Shown piece by piece: positions 38,018-50,559 of a stretch of 64,000 nt of DNA (within the stretch, counting starts at the first letter, position 1; each line of letters starts with the position of its first letter). Made by a program: the position numbers and the translations under genes. The notes below the pieces were generated by a model. The model saw only the letters and a list, made by a program, of their open reading frames with translations, searched no databases and was not told the DNA's origin. The stretch comes from Fistulifera solaris (taxonomy: Eukaryota): positions 310,001-374,000 of the forward strand of contig AP026131.1 in the NCBI GenBank assembly GCA_030295235.1, given 5' to 3'.

Positions 38018-39362
38018 ATGATTTCCAAGCAATTCATTTCTCGTCTAGGACGACAGTCTCAAAGAATGTCGGCAAGATGGCAGAGTACCAGTCCATTTGC
38101 GGCGTACGAGATGGCGCCCTTAGATCCGATTATTGGCTTGAACGAAGAGTTTCAACGCGACGACTTTCCTCAAAAGGTCATCGTCGGCGTCGGTGCCTAT
38201 CGTGACGACGCCGGCAAGCCATACGTACTTCCGTGTGTTCGCGAAGCAGAACAAAGACTCGTCGAACAGAAACTAGACATGGAATATTCCGGAATTGTAA
38301 GTTGATGCGTCGTGTCGATCCGTCGTTTTTCGATATTGTCAGAGCACTCACAAACACATCGACGCTTTATAGGCCGGAGACCAGAAGTTTGTGGACCTTT
38401 CCCTTAAATTCGGATACGGAGAAGACTCGAGCGCTTTGAAAGAAGGACGAATTCAAGGTGTTCAGGCCCTTTCGGGCACCGGTGGTCTCCGCGTTTTCGG
38501 TGAATTGATTCGTCGTCATGGACAAAAACACATTTACGTACCCAACCCAACATGGGGCAATCACATCCCTATCTTTCAAAATTCTGGCCTTGAAGTTCGA
38601 AAGTATCGATACTACGATGCCAGTAATAGCAGTTTAGACTTTGACGGCATGATCAAAGATATTCAAGATATCCCTGCCGGAAGTTGTGTTTTGTTGCATG
38701 CCTGTGCCCACAATCCTACCGGAATGGACCCTACACTGGAACAATGGAAGCAGTTGTCGGAACTTTTCAAGAAAAAGCAACTTTTCCCATTCTTTGACGC
38801 TGCCTACCAGGGTTTTGCTTCGGGTGATGCTATTCTCGACGCTGCGTCGTTGCGCATGTTTGTCGACGACGGACATCTTTTGGGTACAATTCAATCGTTC
38901 TCGAAAAATTTCGGATTGTACGGTCATCGTGTTGGTACTCTCTCGGTGGTGGGTAGCAATGCGGACGAAGCCGCGCGTGTGGTGTCACAGATGAAAATGG
39001 TGATCCGTCCCATGTACTCGAACCCGCCTCGCCACGGTGCCCGCATTGTCTCCACAATTTTGGACGACCCAAAATTGAAGAGTGATTTCTATGAACAGTG
39101 CAAGGGGATGGCCAATCGTATTAATACTATGCGCACGAAACTGCGGGATGAATTAGAAGCAGTCGGGTCGACTCGCAACTGGGATCACATTGTGAAACAG
39201 ATCGGCATGTTTGCCTACTCGGGTCTGAACAAAGAGCAAGTAATGGAAATGCGGGCCAAACATCATCTGTATTGCACAGCGGACGGTCGTATCAGTATGG
39301 CCGGTGTCACGACTAACAACGTTTCATACATTGCGAATGCTATGCATGATGTATCCAAGTAA
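38018..39362 (+). CDS. GOT2: Mitochondrial aspartate aminotransferase; intron 38297..38372
   Basis: R/S-rich presequence MISKQFISRLGRQSQRMSARWQS. Motifs GVGAYRDD, QALSGTGGLR, HACAHNPTG, FFDAAYQGF, QSFSKNFGLYG (PLP lysine) and GRISMAG. Confidence 0.95.
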
Positions 39363-39443
39363 ATCTATTGTCATACTTTACGCGTAATAAAGCGATTAGT
39401 TAATAGACTTCTAATTATATTTTGCTGTAATAAACGCTGTATT

Positions 39444-41048
39444 CTATGTATGTGTATCTATGCACGACGATGCACACCAACCTAAGCCGCCTTTGAGCGA
39501 TTTTTGGTGCGATTCGAAACGTTCCGTAATAGTATCGAGGGTGTCATGAAAAGCCTTTACATCATCTTGGTCAAGCTCGAGCTCGTAGCGAGCAACTACG
39601 GAAGGTCTCTTTAGATCCATACGACGAGCAATATCACTCGGCGTGCCGAATATAATGGTGTCGCACTCCACAGCATGGATGGTTGCTTCTAGATCCTTCA
39701 CTTGCTCCTTTCCATACCCCATGGCCGGAAGAACATTCTTCAAATGAGGAAACTTTTCAAACACTTTCTTCAGAGAACCGTGCGCACTGGGACGGGGATC
39801 TACAATTTCAGAAGCACCAAGGTCTTTGGCTAGGACATAACCTGCTCCATACGCCATTCCACCGTGAGTTAGTGTCGGCCCGTCGTCGATCACGAGGACG
39901 CGCTTGCCCTTAACCAAATCAGAAGCCTCTTCAGTTGTAAGATCCTGGCCTTCAGCTGTGACCACAGACCCCGCCAAGAAGATTGGTGCGTCGGGCTTGG
40001 TGACATTCTTTAGTTTTTCGGCCTGCTTATGTGCTTTCTCCTTATCGGCTGGGCTATTGACTTTGCAGACTAGAACTACATCTGCCATTCGGACGTTGGT
40101 TTCTCCGGGGAAATAACGAATTTCATCGGACGGGCGCAACGAATCCACTAGACAGATGTGTAGGTCGGGCTTGTAGAATGGCAGATCATTGTTTCCTCCA
40201 TCCCAAATGATAATATCAGCATCCTTTTCCGCCTCGCGAAGAATCATGGGGTAATCAACTCCAGCGAAGAGAAGAGTACCTTGCTCAATATGACGGAAGT
40301 ATTCTTCGCGCTCCTCAATGGTGCAGTCATATTTGTCCATGTCTTCCATCTTTTCGTATCTTTGGCATCGTTGATTGAGCAAGTTCTTGTCGTAAGGCAT
40401 AGGGTGCCGAATAGCAGCAACCTTCAAGCCCTTGTCTTTGAAGTACTGCAAGCAAGAAAATAGTTTATCAACAGTGAACAGTACATTCGACTTAATCAAC
40501 CGTAAAGACGACGGAGCATTCGACGTACCTTTGCCACATATCGTGTCGCTTGTGATTTGCCCACACCCGTGCGACTGGCGCAAACCGAGATGACGGGCTT
40601 GCTCGATTCCACCATGGTTAATTGAGGAGGAAGTTGGACGAATTTACATCCCGCAGCGTTAGCCCTCGAAGCCAAAGACTGTACCGTGTCGTAACTCAAG
40701 TCCGAGTACGCCATGACGACCGATGTGGCACCGAAGCGCTCGACGAGTTCTTCCAACTTGTCCTCGGGAAAAATTTTGACTCCGTTGGGATAACGATTGT
40801 TGTTCAGATCGTTGTTACACATTTCATTGGGAAACGTACGGTCGTCAATGCCTGGAATTTGAGCAGCCGTGAAGCACACCACTTCGACGTTCGGCTGTTT
40901 CGACCAGTAGGTAATGAAATCGTGAAAGTCTCGTCCTGCTGCTCCCAAAATAATGACCTTCTCTGTCACCTCATCCTTATGATGACCAAACGTTTTCACC
41001 ATAGGGGCGAAGCTCTTTTTTTACGTGTTGTACTGCTCCAGAAAGCAT
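39444..41048 (-). CDS. Arginine-synthetase-like P-loop enzyme (ArcE/COG2403 family, often annotated 'cyclic 2,3-diphosphoglycerate synthetase-like/predicted GTPase'); intron 40446..40528
   Basis: KVIILGAAGRDFHDF, FTAAQIPGIDDR, AYSDL, Walker-A-like SRTGVGKS; the splice gives ATRYVAK|YFKDKG; then IRHPMPY, TIEEREEY, AGVDY, WDGGNND, PGETN, DGPTLTHGGM, VDPRP and LPAMGY. In-frame ATG at 41002; an upstream ATG at 41048 joins if the A run at ~41016-41022 is miscalled. Confidence 0.82.
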
Positions 41049-41611
41049 GTTGAGTGTGTGTTGATGTTTTTCTGATGTTTTCAATTTGTGAGATGATGAT
41101 GAAGTATACAGAACCGTCCATGTATGACATCACGACTCATTATGCGAACCCCCTAACTCATTGTGACATCAAGATGTTGACCTTTTGATTATTTGATTGA
41201 TTGTTTTCTTCTTCGATGGAATAGCCGTCTTCATAGCTCTTCTTCGGCAAGGTCGTCGTCGATTGTTTTGCACGTCGTTTTGTCAAACGCACGATTGACT
41301 CAGCGGTACTTCTTCACTTGAAGTAATATAGTCTTGTCATCTATTTGTAAACCGTCATATGCGAACTCGAACAGGAAACGCGAACTCAGCCATCACAATC
41401 ACAATCACAACCACCATCATGAATCATGAAAAATCAACATCATGATGTTGGACGAGAGACCGTTCTGCGGTAAGAAAGAATGTCGGCTTTACGTTGCTGT
41501 ACTAGAGTGTCGGGCTATTTAGAAAGCGGAAGCGACAAGCTTGCTTCTCATAAATTACGCGATTTCTTTTTCGAATAATTGAACTGAGAACATCGGCGTT
41601 TGCCATACATC
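41049..41611. promoter_or_regulatory. Putative bidirectional promoter with two ACATC-N2-GATGT palindromes
   Basis: ACATCAAGATGT at 41166-41177 and a perfect 16-bp palindrome CAACATCATGATGTTG at 41435-41450; also TGACATCA (~41125) and TGACTCA (~41296). Confidence 0.5.
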
Positions 41612-42715
41612 ATGCTTTCCCGATCGTTGCGACACATCAGCCGATTCATGAGCCGTGCAGAAATTCCAGCGGTAACTACCAGATACATGTCGTCCAATAT
41701 GAATGATCATATTGTAATTGCGCTGGGTGGGAACGCTTTGTTAAAAAGAGGAGAAAAAATGACAATTTCCTATCAGCGACAGAACATCCGAGACGGCATG
41801 CAATCCTTGGCAGGCATAGTACGCAAACACAAAACGACGATTGTGCATGGAAATGGTCCTCAGTAAGTGTCACCTAGCTCTTTTCGTGACTTGCCGGAGA
41901 AGACTCATATTGAAAACCATTATGTATTCAGGGTCGGCCTGCTCATGTTAGAAAGCGATGCATATGAACGACAGACAGGTTTGCAACAGATATCGCTGGA
42001 CGTCTTGGATGCCGAGACAGAAGGAATGATCGGATACATGATTGAACAGGAGCTACAGCCATACCTTTCTCAACACCAAGGTATGGTGACAGTTTTGAGC
42101 CAGATTGTCGTGTCACCCAAAGACCCATCCATGTCGAATCCAACGAAGTTTGTAGGCCCCGTGTACACCAAAGAAGAAGCGGATAAATTATCGGTACCGG
42201 TCAAAGCTGACGGGAACTATTTCCGGCGGGTCGTACCCTCGCCGCAACCGATTAAGCTGGTTCCGCACCAGCTTCGAGTAGTCCAGCAACTTACTGACGC
42301 TGGCTGTATTGTTATTTGCGGTGGAGGCGGGGGTATACCGGTTGTCGAGAAAGATGGCAGGTATGAAGGTATCGAGGCCGTCATAGACAAAGATCGTGCA
42401 GCAACAATGATCGGGAAAGAGATTGGAGCGCAAGGTCTCTTAATTCTGACCGACGTTCCAGCGGTAGCCATCCATTACGGAACGGAACAACAAAAGTACA
42501 TCAAAACAATATCTCCCAATCAGCTTGAGACTCTGATGGATCACTTTCCCGCCGGTTCCATGGGTCCAAAGGTAGAATCTGCCATTGATTTTGTACGACA
42601 AACAGGTGGCTGGGCAGCCATTGGCTCCTTGCAGAATGCTGATGAAATCATAGCGGGCAAGGCGGGAACTACGGTTCGTGACACCCCAACAGATGATCCC
42701 GTTGTATTTTTATGA
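41612..42715 (+). CDS. arcC: Carbamate kinase with a mitochondrial presequence; intron 41863..41931
   Basis: Presequence MLSRSLRHISRFMSR...TTRYMSS. Motifs IVIALGGNAL, spliced HGNGPQ|VG, AETEGMIGY, PTKFVGP, RRVVPSPQP, GGGGIPV, EAVIDKD and GSMGPKV. Confidence 0.95.
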
Positions 42716-42845
42716 GAAAGGCGACATTTAATGATAGTTCAAGATGCTCAGCATCCGAACCAATAGACACATAACGTTTACAGTCGTCATTGCGTAGTTT
42801 GTTCGTTTTGTACGTCAGTCAAATTCAATCGCATCCATCACGAGT

Positions 42846-43690
42846 TCAAGCCATTGTCTGGATGACCCCGCAACACTGACAAGACACGGGCCACATTTCG
42901 TCGACAAAGAATCGTTCTTCATATAATGTACGAGACGAAGGAAAGGCTACGTGTATTGTTTGAGCTGTATATCGATGTAAATGGCAATTGTCCGCGACCA
43001 CTTTCTGAAGCGGATCCAAAAGCTGTTGTTGAACACCAAAGAAGGGTTTCCCATCACCCGGTTCAGTCGCTACGTGTTCGACGTATCCCAACGTTCCGCC
43101 TTGGGGTCTCAACAAACGCTTCATTTCTTGCAGCGCAGCAATGGGATCATTAACACTGCATAGCATAGTACAAAACACAATCGAATCAAAAAGCCGTCTG
43201 GAAACGGCAACGAAGTAGTAATATCCCCAGAAATGAACTGTAAGTCCACGGGAAATTTCTCCAACTTTGACTTGGCATCTTCTTGCACTTTATTGCTGGG
43301 TGTTTTCAAGTCTAGACCCACTAATTCCATCGGTGTAGAGACACGCTGGAAACCTTGATTGTACAAACCGCGCCGAAGGAGGCGACAATCCGACCCCATG
43401 CCGACCTCCAAAATTCGCAAGGGACGTGATGCACCATCATTGACGACGATATTCTCCAGTGCAGTCGTTAAAGTCGAGATGACTCTTCTCTCATGAGCCT
43501 CTGGATAAATGAGATTGCTGATTTGGTTGATCTTCTGAAACGTCGTTCCGTAATAATATGCCGTTCCTGCGGCGAGCGGCGCCTTCCATAGCCAGTCGCG
43601 CCGCATCTCTGGCTGCGAGAGAGCTTCGACTGTCGCTCGTGATGATGTTGCCGTAAGAATGATCCAAAAGAAGACGATCGTACACACCAT
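42846..43690 (-). CDS. Class I SAM-dependent methyltransferase (METTL7/Methyltransf_11-like) with a signal or targeting peptide
   Basis: RILEVGMGS (motif I), LVGLD, LPFPDG(F|D), LCSVNDP..ALQEMKRLLRPQGG...EHV and NCHL. Slip at ~43187-43191. Confidence 0.85.
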
Positions 43691-44480
43691 TTGGAAAGAT
43701 TAATTACAATCGGAATGATTTTTACCGCTGGTATGGTACAGTACCTGGTACCTGGTACCGCATTCTTGCGTAACTTGAAGCCTACTATGAAGCAAGGTGT
43801 AGGTTATCCAATTAAAATCACTTCCAGTTTGCAGTCCAGATTTTCCGTCTGCATAAAAATAATACAACTGTATTTACTATAGGCCAAAGTGTTGGTTCTA
43901 CGACTGCAACAAATTAACAAAAATGAACCAATATTCTTTCGAGCAACAAAGCTGCCAACATTTCATTCATTCAGCATAATTATTGGAGCTCTATTTTTCG
44001 TTGTTGCTATGCAATAGTCTTTGGCAGCGTTTGCATTACACGCCTTGATTTTTGATGCCGAAAATCCTGCGAAACGTCGTTTGCCGTATTTTACTATGGT
44101 TCAAAGTGTTGTCCGGATTTCGCACGACTGCTACCTAAAATCTGCTCGTCTAGCAAAATTTTTGAAGCTCCGTTACATTCAAATAGACTAGTCTTGCGTT
44201 ATCAATGAATGCGATGAGGACGACTCCTTAATCTAATTTCACGGTATTTGGATACGACTAAGGTTACGAACATTACGCTCTACCTAATAGAATATCGTAC
44301 CGTTACTAAAAATAAACATCGTCTACCGTCACAATTTTACGACGACGCCTATCATCATGAAAAGCAGGTCGCCGTTTTCCTTTCATACTCTCCTCAAAGC
44401 GTTTGGTCTTCGCATTACAGGCAATTCTTCTTTATTATTTATCAACCGATTACGAAAAGAGTAGTTTTAGCCGATAACAC

Positions 44481-46132
44481 GATGCGATCATCATTATTTG
44501 AATTCCCTTTCATTGCCGTCGTTGCTTGGTGGGGAGTCGTTCAAGCCTACACCTTTCCCTCATTCGGTCGCAAACCGTTTCATTTATACGCTTCCCTGTC
44601 GAACGAAGAGACAAAGAAGAAAACATGGATGAATAAATTAGGCTTTCGACGAGCGTCGCGTGATGGACGTGTCGCACGTGAACTGTACAAGTCGAAACGA
44701 AGCAAAGACATCAAACACCGCATCACCGACCGAGCTGCACTGGAGGACTATTTTCAAGACACGAAAATGCAATTTCGGGATGATAAAGGGGAAATTGACT
44801 ATTCTGCTTTACTCGGGGCACTCGATGTCCGTGGCGACACGCAAATCATTGGTACCGCCAATTATACGCACCCAGTGTTGCAATTGTTGCACGAACGAAG
44901 ACGGAGTCTACAAGACGGTGCCGCGTCAGTGAATACTACGACACCAACCAAAGTCGCTCTCGCCATTGAAGGCGGAGGTATGCGTGGATGTGTATCGGCG
45001 GGAGCCATATGTGCGATCTATCATCTCAATTTGACAAATTGCATTGATGTTGTTTACGGAGCATCGGCCGGTTCACTGATAGGGTCGTATTTGATCACCG
45101 ACCAGCTGCCGTGGTTCGGTCCGGAACTCTATTATGATAAACTAACTACTGCGGGGCGACAATTTATTGATACAAGACGGTTGTTGCGAGCGTTGGGATT
45201 TGGCCTGTTGGATCCTCGCCTGCTCAAAGACGTACTCACTCGACGGGCGTTTGGAAAGCCGGTATTAAATCTGTCATTCTTGTTACAAAAAACGATGCAA
45301 GAAACGAAACCTCTCGATTGGGATACTTTCGTTGCAAAGCAAAGTACGATACCGCTCAAGGTTGTTGTATCGGATTTGAAATCAGAACGCTCGAGGGCGC
45401 TTGACATGGCAGGAGGATACTTTCAGACCCTCTCCGAACTATCACAATGTATGCATGCATCTTGCTTATTACCAGGAATCGCCGGACCCTTAGTGAATAT
45501 GGACATGGATGTTATCAAAGGTCGCAAGAAAGGGGAGAAATTCATTCTCGGGAATAATTTGAATGCCGATGCCATCCATCCGATGGCGGATGCACTGGTA
45601 TACGAGCCCCTTCCGTACCATTCAGCGATTGATGAAGGAGCCACGCATGTGATCGTAGTACGATCTAGACCGGACGGTGTCGATGTCTCGGGAAAGTCAA
45701 GTTTCTTCGAAAGCCTTATTTTTCGCAGATTCTTTCTGCGAAAAAACCGTCTACCCTCATATATTCGAGTTGTTTCGGAGACAACAGCACAAAAAGATTT
45801 ATGCAAGAGACGTTCTCGAATTGAACGAACACGCCAACAGCCAGCAACATTATTTAGACACATCGAAGCCCCATATTTTGACGATTGCGGCGCCGCCAGG
45901 TTCGCCCGAGGTATCTCGACTCGAAACGGGACGTCAAGCTATTTTTGAAGGTATCCGACGTGGCTTCGCCAGAGTTTATGACTGCCTCGTCGAGGACCCT
46001 TCTCAACGAGGCAAAGGAATGGAAGTCGCCTTAGAGTTTTTCCCCGACGACATTCTGGATTACGATCCATTGCTCATCGACACTAGAGATGAGTCAGCTT
46101 ATGAATATTATCTGAAACAGAAGCAGATATAG
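44481..46132 (+). CDS. Patatin-like phospholipase
   Basis: LAIEGGGMRG (oxyanion motif), VYGASAG (GxSxG), ASCLLP and ADAL (DGA/G variant). Signal-like N-terminus MRSSLFEFPFIAVVAWWGVVQA. Slip at ~45755. Confidence 0.88.
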
Positions 46133-46444
46133 AATCGAACTGAACATAAAAACACTGCACCTTCTCTAGATAATCGAATTACTGATTACGCCTTAGCTTT
46201 CACGACAAATACAATCCCAACTCGTCACTTCTACCAGGTACTGGTAGTACTGGAACTCAAAGCCCTTGTTGCTTCAGAAAGTTCGCACGGGTTCACCTTG
46301 CTTTCCATGGAATTGTATTCTTACCATTCTTTTCATATTGAACCTCGACAATGCAAATAATAAGCGTCAAGCCGCTTTCACGTAACACCGGTGTTTACCG
46401 AAAATAATAGATCTGACCTTTCTCTTCATAAAAATATCCACTCA

Positions 46445-46700
46445 GACGATATTCTGGATTACGATCCTTTCCTTATCGACACTACAGATGAGTCAGCCTA
46501 TGAATATTATAACATAACTTATTACACTTTTCAAAGATCATCGAATGTCTGATAACATTGTAGCTTTCACGAAACAAACTATCTCAATTCGTCAATTCTT
46601 GTACACAAAGCTCTTGTAGCTTTAAAAAGTTCCTACGGGTTCACCTTGCTTTACAGAAAAGTGTTCAAATCATTCTTTTCATATTGGATCCTGACGATGC
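46445..46700 (+). repeat. Diverged duplicate of the patatin 3' end and downstream spacer (copy of ~46046..46350)
   Basis: GACGA(C/T)ATTCTGGATTACGATCC...GATGAGTCAGC(T/C)TATGAATATTAT, TAGCTTTCACGA and CGGGTTCACCTTGCTTT occur in both places. Confidence 0.8.
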
Positions 46701-46726
46701 AACCCATTAGCGTCTAGACACCTCAC

Positions 46727-47269
46727 CGACCGTTCTTAAAACAGAAGTATCCACTTTGCTTCACGGTGATTCACCTTGTTTGCTATCCGAGCGTGGATGT
46801 TCTAGAGAAGGAGATTCTCGTTTCAACAAATCCGCCTCACGACACCCAAACCACGCAGGCCAGTTCGTCGGAATCGGTGCTACGAACGTGCGCTGCGAAA
46901 AATTCAGCACAATCACGTCTTCTAGTAAGTGCAGCCTCCATGCATGCAACGCGACAGACGCATCGGGAAGAGCGCGAGGCGCTCCGTACCGCAGATCACC
47001 CACCAAGGGACATCCGTGACCAGCAAACAGTGAACGAATGACATGATTCGAACCGTTGTTCGTTTCAACTTCTAAAACCACGACTGGCGATTGTTTGGAG
47101 AGGAAGCATGTCCGATACCGCAATGCCGAAATCTCTTGCCGCGTGTCATGCAACGACGAAGCTTTGCTCGACAAAATTGGTTTCATAATGACCGATGCAC
47201 CTTTCGATGGACCAGTACGACTGGTTTCTCGTCGATTGGGACTATTTCTCCGTTGTTCTGCGCCTCGCA
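46727..47269 (-). pseudogene. 5'-truncated copy of the RluA gene at 52530..53482
   Basis: Aligns with 52497..53038 (peptide ...GCPLVGDLRYGAPRALPDASVALHA... in both) but lacks the N-terminal half carrying the catalytic HRLD motif. Confidence 0.8.
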
Positions 47270-50200
47270 GTGGCACGTAAAAATATCCGGATACTTGCCC
47301 CGGTAAATAACACCCGCATTGCATCACATCAACATTCATTCGCAACAGAAAGAGGGAAACGACAACTGCATTTCTCATCGTGCCATATTTCCACGACCAA
47401 CATTGATGCCATCGTCGAAAACGCAGACAGAGTTCTGCACTTCCCATTACCAGGTATTAGGATACGATCTGGCTATCAAGAATTCATGAATAATGACGAT
47501 CTCAGTTGACGAGCCAAATCGAGAATATTCTCTCCCTTGTGCTTGGAGATGTTGGGAAACGAGTAGATGAATTCTCGACGCGACGAACGTGAGAACCGCG
47601 AGTTTTTTTGGGGTATTTGTCATTTATTGTCTATCGTCGTCGCTCGTTTTTCTGTGCGTATTTTCGTTTACCCACGTTGTTTGTTCTCGTGCATACATTG
47701 CTAGTCAGTGTCGACAACAGCATAGCGAGCCTCTTCGTCTAGCGACAAATTGTTGAAAACTTACATTAGAGCAAGTAGTCACTGAAAAGCAACTTTGCGG
47801 TTTTTTGTATAGTTTCTTCATCCACTTTCACTCAACGTTCAATATCTCTCTTCCACCGGAGTGTGCTCCGGCAATGACTTACAATACGCAAAAGCCACGC
47901 GAGCGGCCCATAGAACGCTGCATGATAGGGAGTCTTCCCTCATTAAACTATCGAACACCAGGTTTCGGTCGGCTCGCAAGCGGCATTGTCAAGCACGAGT
48001 TCAGTTTCTTGTCGTTCTCTATCATTCATCGTTGGCCTTTAAAATATGCTTTAGTGCATGAATGGCGCGTAGACGCCGAAAGACACGCCTTCATGGAGTA
48101 GTATTGTGCCAGTTAACTATGATCTGCTCTTTTATGACGAGGCCGATGCTATTATTTGCTGCTCGCACAGCACAGTGAAAATCCATCATCGTCTCATCAT
48201 CATTGCGTCGTTTCTTTTCCTCTGCTCGACCCGCCCGCTCAAAGCGAACGCTCTCCATGCTGACGTCGACTATAGTCTTTGTAGTAGGAGATGAACGAGT
48301 CACAGGCTCTTATTTTGGTCACGAGTTTGAGTGAGGGTGCAGTCTGCCCGTGCGTCCTGAGGACATTTTCGATACGCGTTCCGACATGTCGCAACATCAA
48401 AGTACCGCTACGAGGTCGACAATACTTGAACGACTTACACTGCATCCAATACTACTTAAAACGGCTATTGTAGCAAACCGTGCTTTTTGCTCCAAAATGC
48501 AAGGGGTTGCCCATGATCGCAAAAATCGATTTTAAGACGAGGGGCCTTCCATTTCATGGCATTTCTATATAAATTAGTATAACTTCTCATCAATAAGATG
48601 GTATAACGGCGGAAAATTCGCGAAAGGCGTTCAGTTCAATGTTTAATGCGCATAATTTGACAGGCCTGCCGTCAATACGTGTCGACCGAGGCTCTTTGAT
48701 GTGACAAAGATCGCTCGCATTAAAGTCGACTTGCGTGGTTCATCGTCACTCCACAATCTTCTGTCCTTTAGACTTCCCAAAACATGCGTTCAGGACGTTG
48801 ATTGGATAGTCAGGCCTGTCTCGGGATCTATTCAAAAGATTAGATTAGCAGGAGGGGTCGAAGATAGAGGATCCACCCTCAACAAAATGAATATTTAATG
48901 GGAGTGACAAGGCGAGCTTGCAGCAAGCGGGTCCGATCAAGGAATAAATCCAGAAAGATTATTCCCTGGAAAGCAAGGTGCCAACCCGCGCGAAGAAACC
49001 ACATACCCAGATGTTCTGAATACGTGAAGACACTTCGATCTGGCGAATCCGATGACTATATTTTCCAGCAGAAGAAGCAGCATTTTACGAGCTCTACAGT
49101 CGCATGTCATCCGACCTTGCTTCGCTGTTTCAACAGTTGTGGAACGAGTGTCGCCGTTGCGAATACGCAGCAAAACCCAACTATGATGAGCTCGACACGA
49201 AGTTTGGTCAGCTTGTTCTACGACTTCCGATTCAGAAACGAAAAATTGGCGCAGCAGAGCCCTGCCGCTGCCGGTGCCACCAGTAAGAGCCCGCGTCGTC
49301 GCGTCCTCCAAGCGATGATTGTGCAGGCCACGCTTTTGCGCCTCTCCCGTGTTCACGTTATGTACGACACGTGTATTTAGACAGCGGGACGTTTTTGTGG
49401 ATCAATCTTAACAGAGGGTACGCTTTTACGAAAGAATGGAGGGGATAGAGACGAGGGCTCGAAATTGCAACGAGTTATATGATGATTTTTAGTTGAAATG
49501 AATTTGGAAAGAAAACGGCGATGGAAGACGCGCAGCAATTATCGCGTATTAGATTGTCGGTGTCAACTTTTATCTACGACGACTTCTCATCTAGTCGATA
49601 TAACAGCCGCTGTTACGCTAAAGTACCGAAGTAAGGACGGCGTTTGAGGGCCGGACCGGAGCAAAACTTTCGTCGACCTCAAACTATGTACTAGATGCTT
49701 TGCTGATAATAATTATAGCAGTTACTGAAAGTTTAAGACTTTTTCGTTTGAACTACTTCCATCTAGAGTCCACTGACAAAGTAGTGTCGTTCATTCGGCG
49801 TTACTTGCTGTGCATTCTACATTTCAACCACATTGTTCGGTAAGTCCCTTCCCCGCCGAAGGCCACTCCGCAAATGGCTTCGGCCATGCGAGTTCCATAA
49901 ACTCTGCACTACCAGCGCATCATCCTGCGAGAACAGAGGGGACCCGCGAGAACAGAGGGGTCCCTTGCCCATTTGTTGGTGCGGTCCCTTGCCCAACGAT
50001 GCTTTTCTGCAACCAATTGGTGAATTGTAATTTTCTTCGTATTGCTCATCAACATATTTTCTTTTTCATCATATTGCGCTGTAAGGCGGGTTAGATAAGA
50101 GTTGGGAAGAATGTGGGGATTTAGCAGATCATACTTCTCACCTAGAGGTAGCCTTTAAGGACACCGTCACACGTGTGCTGATAACATGCCCCATCGGAAC

Positions 50201-50559
50201 ATGTGAATTGGTGCGCGCGTGAGCCGGAACATTCGTGGTGCGGCAAGTATTTTGCCGCCCGTGCCAGAACCAGGCATATCTGTTTCTCTCTACATAATGA
50301 CATTTGGGGCATCAACACGTCTGTCCACTAACTGGCTGCACGAAGTTGCGCACAAACGACCATATGACATCATCCATTTCCAATTCGTGCACTACGAAGT
50401 CCATGCAGCCGAATTGAAACATAAGCAAAGATAATTCTTCTGTTTTTTTTGGTGGACACAATGTGCGTACATCACATTTTCTTCCACGCGTTTGACAATT
50501 GCCTTGACTGCCCCGAATTCGGCCTCCGGCGTTTCCAAGTTGATATCCTCACCCATGTT

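Noticed and set aside
39444..42715. Bacterial or archaeal contamination as the source of the ArcE-like/carbamate kinase pair
   Set aside because: Both genes have canonical GT-AG introns whose removal restores the reading frame and motifs, carbamate kinase has a presequence, and the flanking genes are eukaryotic.
47450..48950. Numerous short ORFs on both strands
   Set aside because: No recognisable domains or consistent frame; treated as non-coding or decayed sequence.
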